From contig JBEKDT010000003.1 in the NCBI GenBank assembly GCA_050014195.1, positions 1-64,000 on the forward strand: a DNA stretch of 64,000 nt, given 5' to 3'. Source of the DNA: Desulfomonilia bacterium. Lineage in GTDB: Bacteria > Desulfobacterota > Desulfomonilia > UBA1062. The position numbers and the translations under genes are program-made. The notes under the pieces are model-generated. The model saw only the letters and a program-made list of their open reading frames with translations, was not told the origin of the DNA and did not search any database. How positions within the stretch are numbered: the first letter of the stretch is position 1; each line of letters begins with the position of its first letter. This document shows, piece after piece, positions 51,263-58,798 of the stretch.

Positions 51263-52123
51263 ATGATTCGGTTACGGAAACACATGCAGGTTTTGGGCAT
51301 ACTGCTGGCTTTGGTATGCGCCTCAACAAGCACTTGGGCCCTTGCAGAAGTGAGCGATCTCTTCAAGGCGGCCTACGATGGTGATCTTTACCAAGTCAAG
51401 GCGTTGATCTCTGCCAAGGCCGATGTGAACGCTAAGATAGGCGACGGTGCCACCGCGTTGATGGCGGCATCGCAGAATGGCCACCTGGAGGTGGTGCAGG
51501 CGTTGATAACTGCCAAGGCCGATGTAAACGCTAAGGCTGCCAATGGCGACACTGCGTTGATACTGGCGTCGCAGCAAGGCCACCAGGAGGTGGTGCAGGC
51601 ACTTATCGATGCCAAGGCCGATGTAAACGCTAAGAAGGGCTATGGCAGTACGGCGTTAATGATGGCGTCGTTGGAGGGCCACCAAGGAGTGGTACAGGAG
51701 CTTATTTCTGCCAAGGCCGATGTGAACGCGAAGGCGGACGATGGCAGTACGGCGTTGATGGCTGCGTCGCTGGAGGGTAACCAAGGAGTGGTACAGGAGC
51801 TTATTGCTGCCAAGGCCGATGTGAACGCGAAGGCGGACGATGGCAGTACGGCGTTGATGATTGCGTCACTGGAGGGTCACCAGGTGGTGGTGCAAGCACT
51901 TATCATTGCCAAGGCCGATGTGAACGCCAAGACGGCTGAAGGTTACACGGCGTTGATAGTGGCATCTGAGAAGGGAAACCAGGGAGTGGTGAGACTGCTT
52001 ATTGCTGCCAAGGTCGATGTGAATGCCAAGACGGGCGATGGCACCACTGCGTTGATGATGGCGTCGCAGCAGGGCCACCAGGAGGTGGTGCAACTTCTCA
52101 AGAAGGCGGGCGCTGTTAAATAG
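51263..52123 (+). CDS. Secreted ankyrin-repeat protein (about 8 repeats)
   Basis: Signal peptide; 33-aa GxTALMxASxxGHxxVVQxLIxAKADVNAK units. Confidence 0.95.
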   Translation: MIRLRKHMQVLGILLALVCASTSTWALAEVSDLFKAAYDGDLYQVKALISAKADVNAKIGDGATALMAASQNGHLEVVQALITAKADVNAKAANGDTALILASQQGHQEVVQALIDAKADVNAKKGYGSTALMMASLEGHQGVVQELISAKADVNAKADDGSTALMAASLEGNQGVVQELIAAKADVNAKADDGSTALMIASLEGHQVVVQALIIAKADVNAKTAEGYTALIVASEKGNQGVVRLLIAAKVDVNAKTGDGTTALMMASQQGHQEVVQLLKKAGAVK

Positions 52124-52613
52124 CAAAGTATAGGGTCGCCCATTAAAGGTTCCTGTTTAATGCTGGCTCATCTGAAGATTTATGTGATAAATTTATGAGT
52201 GCTATCTCAGGATTCCAACCATAGATTTGATAATCATCGAAAAAGATGGGCATGGAAAAGCATAGATCACATACCATTTATTACGATTAGCCCAGATTGA
52301 AGATTTCTTCGAATGACCAATTTTGAGTATACCCAAAAACTGATGATCTCAAAACAAGATCTGCACAAATCATTATCCTTTTAGGGGAATACAAGGGCAA
52401 TTGTCAGATCTTATGTTAACTTTAGTGCTACTTCTGTATGATCAGATCTTAACTATTGCACCTAACGACTTAATAGGTATTTCCGTTTGCTGCTTGGTTT
52501 CCAGACGGTATTTCATTTTTTCAAGTATTACCGTTTGTACTCTCGCATGGTGATCGAAAGCAGTCAATCATTGACTTCAGGAAGAAACTGACCGTTGATG
52601 TTAAGGCCTACAT

Positions 52614-52845
52614 TCTTACCCCGGGACAACGCCACATGTGCCTCGTTTGATAATTCCCTGTTCCGCGATTCAAATTCCCTGATATGTTGAGTAGGGAATT
52701 CTTTTGCAACCCACTGGAATGAGTCATCATATCGATGCCACTTTTTTCATTTCGGAGCCAGAAACGACAAAATTCCTTGCAAATTCCCTGATAAACAGGG
52801 AATATGGTATAGAGAGTGGTTCGCAGTTGACTGCCAGCACCACCA
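52614..52845 (+). repeat. 232-bp att-like element, copy 2
   Basis: Direct repeat of 5132-5363; ends GGTTCGCAGTTGACTGCCAGCACCACCA. Confidence 0.9.
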
Positions 52846-52885
52846 TTTCATATTATAAATTCATATACTTATAAGTCTCATTTTT

Positions 52886-52907
52886 GATTGCCAACAGATT
52901 GCCAACA
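52886..52907 (+). repeat. Tandem 11-mer GATTGCCAACA x2 (candidate integrase arm sites); related pair at 53992-54013
   Basis: GATTGCCAACAGATTGCCAACA versus TTTTCCAACAAATTGCCAACA, each about 40-50 bp inside an att-like core. Confidence 0.6.
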
Positions 52908-53019
52908 CTTTTGCCTAGAAACCAGGTTACACTGTCGACTTTCTGAGTAGGGTATTTAACCTTTTGTCTGAGGATACCCCAGAGACTTTAAGACCTCCCT
53001 ATATTATCCCACATAACAC

Positions 53020-53046
53020 TTGACGTTTAACGCTAAGCGTTATACA
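53020..53046 (+). promoter_or_regulatory. higBA promoter with palindromic operator
   Basis: TTGACG followed by TAACGC-TAA-GCGTTA. Confidence 0.6.
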
Positions 53047-53054
53047 CATCTTAT

Positions 53055-53309
53055 ATGATAAAGACGTTTCGTTGCAAGGATACGCAAGCCCTATTCGAAG
53101 GTCGTACCCCTCGACGATTCAAGGCTTTTTGTGCAATAGCCGAACGTAAATTACAAATGTTAGACTCCGCCATATCCTTAGAGGATCTGAAAAGTCCACC
53201 CGGGAACCGTAGGGGACAATGGAGCATCAGAATAAACGACCAATGGCGGGTGTGCTTCAGGTTTGAAGAGGGAGAAGTATTGGATGTGGAAATAGTCGAT
53301 TACCACTAA
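53055..53309 (+). CDS. higB: HigB (RelE/ParE family) toxin, apparently with a short internal deletion
   Basis: MIKTFRCKDTQALF..PPGN..SIRINDQWRVCF..VEIVDYH. Confidence 0.85.
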   Translation: MIKTFRCKDTQALFEGRTPRRFKAFCAIAERKLQMLDSAISLEDLKSPPGNRRGQWSIRINDQWRVCFRFEEGEVLDVEIVDYH

Positions 53310-53319
53310 GGAGCGAGAG

Positions 53320-53625
53320 ATGAATATTAAAAATAACATGCGCCCCATTCATCCGGGAGAAATTCTCCGAGAGGAATTTCTTGTGCCTCTTGGAATAAGT
53401 GCACATGCCTTGGCGCTTGAGCTTAAAGTGCCAGCGCCTCGTATTTATGCTATCATGAACGAGCGCCGTGCAATTACCCCGGACACGGCTTTACGCCTTG
53501 CCAACTATTTTGGGACCACACCTGAATTCTGGCTCAACCTACAGACAGCCTATGATTTGAAAGTCGCTCAACGAAAGTTAGGACCTCTGATCAATAAAGA
53601 AGTGCATTCACGGAATGCAGCATAA
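53320..53625 (+). CDS. higA: HigA antitoxin
   Basis: IHPGEILREEFL, ITPDTALRLANYFGTTPEFWLNLQTAYDL. Confidence 0.93.
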   Translation: MNIKNNMRPIHPGEILREEFLVPLGISAHALALELKVPAPRIYAIMNERRAITPDTALRLANYFGTTPEFWLNLQTAYDLKVAQRKLGPLINKEVHSRNAA

Positions 53626-53663
53626 AGCTTGATGCTGAAAAAGAAGCTCGCTTAAAAAATATA

Positions 53664-53840
53664 ATGGGGTATGTTCTTAGTAATAAAGGCGACCTTCCAG
53701 GAGCGTTAACTTATAGCCAGCAGGCACTTGGGATAGATACTAAGGTCTTTGGCTCAGATCGTCCCATCGTTGCATCTGATTTGAAAAACATCAAACAGAT
53801 CCTTCAAGAAGAATCTCAAAAAATAACTGAACTCATGTGA
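53664..53840 (+). pseudogene. TPR-protein C-terminal remnant
   Basis: GYVLSNKGDLPGALTYSQQALGIDTKVFGSDRPIVASDLKNI fits a 42-aa kinesin-light-chain-type TPR. Confidence 0.6.
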
Positions 53841-54063
53841 ATAAATCTAAAAATGAACTAATAACACATGATCAAAGTCTAAGTGCACTTACCCTTGGTA
53901 TTATAGTTGGTGTTGGATTATTATGCTTTTTATTATTTTCTGGATACCAATACTACAGATCTCGTGGTTAGTTTTCAGTTGTTTAGATCCGATTTTCCAA
54001 CAAATTGCCAACAACATCAACTTATTAATAATATTGAATAATGATCTAAAAAAGGCCCAAAAC

Positions 54064-54091
54064 GAGGGTCCAAATCCCTCCACCTCCACCA
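54064..54091 (+). other. Displaced tmRNA (ssrA)-type 3' fragment, probable att core
   Basis: T-arm GAGGG-TCCAAAT-CCCTC then CACCTCC-A-CCA, which pairs with a GGGGGTG 5' end including the G3:U70 alanine determinant; no full gene directly upstream. Confidence 0.7.
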
Positions 54092-54382
54092 ATTAAATCA
54101 AGCAACGCGCCGGCTGGCGGATCGACGGCACGACCTGCTGCCCTTGAGGCCTGCGCGATTTTGCGCCAGATTCAGCCCGAAACCAAAATATGAAGTTCAA
54201 ATAATTAACACAAATTTGTTCAGAATAGACCCTGCTGAACAATATTGGCCTGCGTAAAAAAAGCATAATCCAGCAAAAAAAATCGAAATTTGGTTCCACC
54301 ACTGGTGAAGAGATGTTTATCCCATTGATATGAAGGGTTTTTTATCATAAAGCATTCAAGGTATGCTTAAGACAACGATTCA

Positions 54383-54398
54383 TGGCATGGTTCTGGCT
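54383..54398 (+). promoter_or_regulatory. Candidate sigma-54 (-24/-12) promoter
   Basis: TGGCATGGTTCTGGCT has GG-N10-GC spacing, about 110 bp before the operon. Confidence 0.5.
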
Positions 54399-54505
54399 GT
54401 ACATAAGGGGCAGATGATGATACAAAAGAAAATTGTTGCGCCGGTGAAAAGTGTGAACGGCCCGACTGGCTTGATTGATTTTTTACACCAAAGGAAACAA
54501 GATTT

Positions 54506-54946
54506 ATGAACAATCGGGCTTTGAAAACATATATTTTTTATTGCTCAAACAATCTTGAAGCAAGCCAGTTTTCTGGTTTATGTCACGGAAACGATGGGGA
54601 TGCGATCAAGACCATCAGTCTGCCCTGTTCGGGGAAAGTGGATATTCCTTACTTGATCAAGGCATTTGAAAACGGGGCGGACGGTGTGGCGATTGTGACC
54701 TGCAAAAAGAACGAGTGTCGCCACTTCGAGGGCAATCTGCGGGCGCGAAGACGCGCCGAGGCAGTCGAAGCGCTGCTGGAGGAAATCGGCGTGACCGCGG
54801 GCCGGATGGCTGTTTTTGAGTGCGGGAAACAGGACGCCGAATCGGTCCTCGGCGAAATCAAGCAGTTCATTGAACGCTTGAGAAATCTGCCCCCGACGTA
54901 TGCTCGAAGCGGCACCGCCAACAAACAGGAGAGCACGGTAGCATGA
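54506..54946 (+). CDS. MvhD/FlpD-like [2Fe-2S] subunit
   Basis: FYC, LPCSGKVD, AFENGADGV, CKKNECRHFEGN. Confidence 0.88.
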   Translation: MNNRALKTYIFYCSNNLEASQFSGLCHGNDGDAIKTISLPCSGKVDIPYLIKAFENGADGVAIVTCKKNECRHFEGNLRARRRAEAVEALLEEIGVTAGRMAVFECGKQDAESVLGEIKQFIERLRNLPPTYARSGTANKQESTVA

Positions 54947-55842
54947 AAGTTGACAGCAAACTCGCAAAAAAAATCGAGACGGGAGACTTTATCGTCACCG
55001 CCGAGTGTGCGCCCGGCGCCACTGCGTCAGGTGCAACCGCTGAGGCAGCTTTGAAAGCCCTGGGCAGCAAACCAGTGGCCGTCAATGTGGCTGACAATTC
55101 ACATGGGGTGGCGCTGTCGTCAATGGCCGCATCCGTGGCAGCGATGAAATTGGGTATTGAACCGGTCCTCCAAATGGTCACTCGCGACCGGAACCGCATC
55201 GCGTTACAGTCCGATTTGCTGGGAGCCGCCAGCTTGGGAATCAAGAATGTGCTCTGCATGTCCGGTTATCATCAGACACTGATCGGACGACCGGAATCAG
55301 TTAATGTATTTGATATCGATTCCATTCAGTTTATCGAGTTGACCAACCGGATGTCCGAAAATGGCGTGCTGGCCGACGGAACCAGCATAGACGGTCCGTT
55401 TCCAATGCTGGTGGGTGCTGCGGCAAATCCATTCCTGAAACCGCTCGAGCTGAACCTGCTCAGGCTGGGCCAAAAAGTCGAAGCCGGTGCCAGGTTTGTT
55501 CAAACTCACGCGGTATTTGACATTCAGGCCTTTGGCCAATGGCTTGACGCCGCCCGCAAAGAAGGCTTCACCAAAAAGACTGCCATTCTGGCCAGCGTTT
55601 ATCCCTTGGAAAGCGTGGCGGAAGCCCAAAAGCTCCGCGATACCTATGCCGAATTCTGCATTCCGGACGAAGTCATTGAACGGCTGAAAAAAGCAGGCGA
55701 TGCCGGTAAGAAAGAGGGCTTGGCCATTTGCGTTGAAACCATCAAGCAGCTTAAAGCGCTTACGGGTTTGCGCGGAATCCATATTCTTTCGGGTGGCAAG
55801 GAAGCAGTTGTGCCCGACTTGGTTGCCGCTTCCGGACTGTAG
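54943..55842 (+). CDS. metF: Methylenetetrahydrofolate reductase family protein
   Basis: VTAECAPG, QMVTRDRNRIALQSDLLGA, KVEAGARFVQT, GIHI. Confidence 0.82.
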   Translation: MKVDSKLAKKIETGDFIVTAECAPGATASGATAEAALKALGSKPVAVNVADNSHGVALSSMAASVAAMKLGIEPVLQMVTRDRNRIALQSDLLGAASLGIKNVLCMSGYHQTLIGRPESVNVFDIDSIQFIELTNRMSENGVLADGTSIDGPFPMLVGAAANPFLKPLELNLLRLGQKVEAGARFVQTHAVFDIQAFGQWLDAARKEGFTKKTAILASVYPLESVAEAQKLRDTYAEFCIPDEVIERLKKAGDAGKKEGLAICVETIKQLKALTGLRGIHILSGGKEAVVPDLVAASGL

Positions 55843-55857
55843 TAGCGTGGAGAGGTT

Positions 55858-57252
55858 ATGCCGGAAAAATATCACATCAAAACCCAGCCGGTTCCGCCGC
55901 GGCGGCCGCGCATAGGCAAACATGGCGTAGTAGACTGGCGTGAAGACTGCGCCCGGTGTCATAACTGCGTTAAAAAAGCCTGTGTCTATGACCGCTACCG
56001 GCAGGAGGCGGAATACATTCGCAACTTAAATGAAGTCGAGGCATTGTTTTTTGACTGCATGGGCTGTTTTTCCTGCGTGCAGGACTGCACCAAGGGCTTA
56101 TTACGCCTGTCAATAAACCCGGAGTATGAAAAACTCGGGAACAGTTACTGGAAACCCGACATCATAAAAACGACGTGGCTTCAGGCCGAAACCGCGAAAA
56201 TCCCGGTTTCCGGAGCTGGCTACCGGGGGCCGTTTTCCGGCAAGGGCTTCGATTCCATGTGGACGGACATGTCGGAGATTGTCCGCCCGACCCGCGACGG
56301 CATTCACGGACGGGAATACATCAGCACTTCGGTTGACATCGGCCGCAAGCCGCCGTTTCTGGCAATGAATGGAAACAAATCCACGGCCCTGCCACCGCTG
56401 GTCTCGATTCCGATGCCTTTGATCTTTGATTTGAGCTCTCCCGCGCACACGCTGCCTAAGCTTGATCCAATCATCGAACAGACCGCCGTCGACACCGGCC
56501 TGATCGCCCTCATGGACTCGCGTTACCGGCCGGCAAGCGACGCCCACCTGGAGAACATCGCATTTTATCTTGGCCCGGACAGTCCGAGCGTGCCGGATAC
56601 GATGCTGAAAAAAACCCGCCTGGTGGAAATCGCAGACAGCCAGGACGTGGCGAAGCGCATCAAGGCGATCAAAAAAATCCACCCGGAAATTGTCGTCACC
56701 ATCCGGGTGGAACTGACCGATGCGGGAATCGGACGCGCCATAGAGCTGGCGGGCTTAAAAGAGATTGAAGTGATCCACATCGTCTCCGATGCCAACGGCA
56801 ATGAGCTCACGGCGCAAAGCCCAAGGTTCATCAAGGACATGATCCGTCAGATTCATACCACGCTCATCGATAAGGGCATCCGGGATGAAATAACACTCAT
56901 GGCCGGCGGCGGCATCGCGCTGCCCGAGCACCTGGCCAAGGCCATTATCTGCGGCGCCGACCTGGTGACCATCAACCTGCCGCTCCTCGTCGCGCTGGAA
57001 TGTCATCTGTGCGACAGTTGTGAGCCCGAAACGACGTGCCCGGCCAAGCTGGAGAACATTGATTTCAACTACGGCGTGGGCCGGATGACGAACCTGATCG
57101 CGGCATGGCACGACCAGTTGATCGAGCTGATGGGTGCCATGGGCATGCGCGAGGTCCGCCGCCTGCGGGGCGACGTCGGCCGCGCCATGTTTTTCGAGAA
57201 CCTCGAGGAGGAAACATTTGGCAAGCTCTATGGAAAAAGAAAGACAGACTGA
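55858..57252 (+). CDS. Ferredoxin plus divergent glutamate-synthase FMN-barrel-like protein
   Basis: CARCHNCVKKAC, CMGCFSCVQDC, AGGGI..AKAIICGAD, CHLCDSC..CP. Confidence 0.8.
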   Translation: MPEKYHIKTQPVPPRRPRIGKHGVVDWREDCARCHNCVKKACVYDRYRQEAEYIRNLNEVEALFFDCMGCFSCVQDCTKGLLRLSINPEYEKLGNSYWKPDIIKTTWLQAETAKIPVSGAGYRGPFSGKGFDSMWTDMSEIVRPTRDGIHGREYISTSVDIGRKPPFLAMNGNKSTALPPLVSIPMPLIFDLSSPAHTLPKLDPIIEQTAVDTGLIALMDSRYRPASDAHLENIAFYLGPDSPSVPDTMLKKTRLVEIADSQDVAKRIKAIKKIHPEIVVTIRVELTDAGIGRAIELAGLKEIEVIHIVSDANGNELTAQSPRFIKDMIRQIHTTLIDKGIRDEITLMAGGGIALPEHLAKAIICGADLVTINLPLLVALECHLCDSCEPETTCPAKLENIDFNYGVGRMTNLIAAWHDQLIELMGAMGMREVRRLRGDVGRAMFFENLEEETFGKLYGKRKTD

Positions 57253-58798
57253 GGACATTCTGCCTGAGAACACGCGCAAGACGCTCGTGCCGCAGGAGCA
57301 AGTGCAGCGCCTCGTCAAACCCGCGCCGTCCCGCTATCGCAACGAAATTGCCAAGTATATCGTGCACCGCAGCCCAGACTGCAAACGCTGCGGCAAGTGC
57401 GTGGAGGTCTGCTCCTATGGCGTCCACGTCCACGAACCCGGGTTCAAATATTTCGGCGAGCCCGAGCATCACTTGTGCATCGGGCCTTCCTGCGAAAATA
57501 CGGATAAGTATTGCGTGGCCCATTGCCCTCAAGGGGCTTTGTCGATCCGGGAAAATCCCACGTTCACAACGCTCGGCGATTATCGCTGGACCGCGGATTT
57601 GATTCTGGCGACATGGAAGATGGCCGAGACCGGAGATGTACCGCCCGAGGCCTACGATTTCAACTACGAATGCGGCAATTCCGGCGGCGGCTTTGACCGG
57701 CTCCGGTTCAAATTCCCGGACAAGCCTCCCGTCGAGCTCGACGAAAGCGAGATCGACACGAGCATCTCGCTGAATAAGCGCGGCGACGGCCGGCCCGAAA
57801 TCAAGATTGATGTTCCCTGGTACGGCGGCGGCATGTCGTTCGGCTCGGTCAGCAACGTAACCCAGCTTTCAAAGGCCCGGGCGGCAGTTGCGTTCAACAC
57901 GTTCACCTGCACCGGTGAGGGTGGTTACATGGAGCGCATGCGGCCGTATGACGACCACGTCATCACACAGGTCGCCACAGGCCTGTTCGGCGTGCGTGAG
58001 GAAACCATCCAGCGCGTGCCCATCGTGGAATTCAAGTATGCCCAGGGCGCCAAGCCAGGCCTCGGCGGTCATCTGCTCGGCGACAAAAACACCATCGCCG
58101 TCGCCCGCATGCGCGAGGCGGTGCTCGGCATCTCCCTGTTCTCCCCGTTCCCATTCCACAGTGTCTATTCCATCGAAGACCACGCCAAGCACATTGAATG
58201 GATCAAGCACGTGAACCGGAGCGCCTTGATCTCGACGAAGGTTTCAACCCCGACGGACGTGGACATGGTGGCGGTGGGCAGTTATTCCGCCGGCACGCAC
58301 ATCGTCCACATTGACGGCGGCTACGGCGGGACCGGCGCGGCGCCGGACATCGCCAAGAAGAACATCGCCATGCCCATTGAATACGCCATCGGCAAGGTAC
58401 ACAATTTCCTCGAAGCCGAGGGCGTCCGCGATAAGGTGACGCTGATCGCCAGCGGCGGAATCCGCACGGCCCACGACATCGCCAAGGCCATCGCACTGGG
58501 CGCGGACGGGGTGGTCATCGGTACCTCGGAAATGGTGGCGCTGGGCTGTGTTCGGTGCAGCCGCTGCGAGAGCGGGCGGGGCTGTCCGCGGGGCATCGCC
58601 ACGACCGACCCCGAGCTTGCCGCCAAAATGAAAGTTGAATGGGGCACCCAGCGACTCATCAACCTTTACAGCGCCTGGCAGAAAACGCTGGTCAAAATTC
58701 TGCAGCGCCTCGGCCTCAAAAGCGTCAGCGAACTGCGCGGACGCACCGACCTCATGATGCATCTGGATTACACCAACGAGGTAATGACAGACAAATGA
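57230..58798 (+). CDS. Ferredoxin plus glutamate-synthase FMN-binding domain protein
   Basis: CKRCGKCVEVC, GGMSFGS, TGEGG, KYAQGAKPGLGGHL, SGGIRT..KAIALGAD, CVRCSRC..CPRGIAT; start moved to ATG 57230. Confidence 0.9.
   Translation: MEKERQTEDILPENTRKTLVPQEQVQRLVKPAPSRYRNEIAKYIVHRSPDCKRCGKCVEVCSYGVHVHEPGFKYFGEPEHHLCIGPSCENTDKYCVAHCPQGALSIRENPTFTTLGDYRWTADLILATWKMAETGDVPPEAYDFNYECGNSGGGFDRLRFKFPDKPPVELDESEIDTSISLNKRGDGRPEIKIDVPWYGGGMSFGSVSNVTQLSKARAAVAFNTFTCTGEGGYMERMRPYDDHVITQVATGLFGVREETIQRVPIVEFKYAQGAKPGLGGHLLGDKNTIAVARMREAVLGISLFSPFPFHSVYSIEDHAKHIEWIKHVNRSALISTKVSTPTDVDMVAVGSYSAGTHIVHIDGGYGGTGAAPDIAKKNIAMPIEYAIGKVHNFLEAEGVRDKVTLIASGGIRTAHDIAKAIALGADGVVIGTSEMVALGCVRCSRCESGRGCPRGIATTDPELAAKMKVEWGTQRLINLYSAWQKTLVKILQRLGLKSVSELRGRTDLMMHLDYTNEVMTDK

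Noticed and set aside
348-52290. Dispersed repeat family as a CRISPR array
   Set aside because: Copies are kilobases apart, degenerate and in both orientations; no cas genes are present.
52385-52420. dif/pdif site (TTATGTTAACT resembles an XerD arm)
   Set aside because: No convincing XerC arm at 6-bp spacing and no partner site.
52458-52540. Further attC site starting CCTAAC
   Set aside because: No matching GTT core at a suitable distance and no adjacent cassette ORF.
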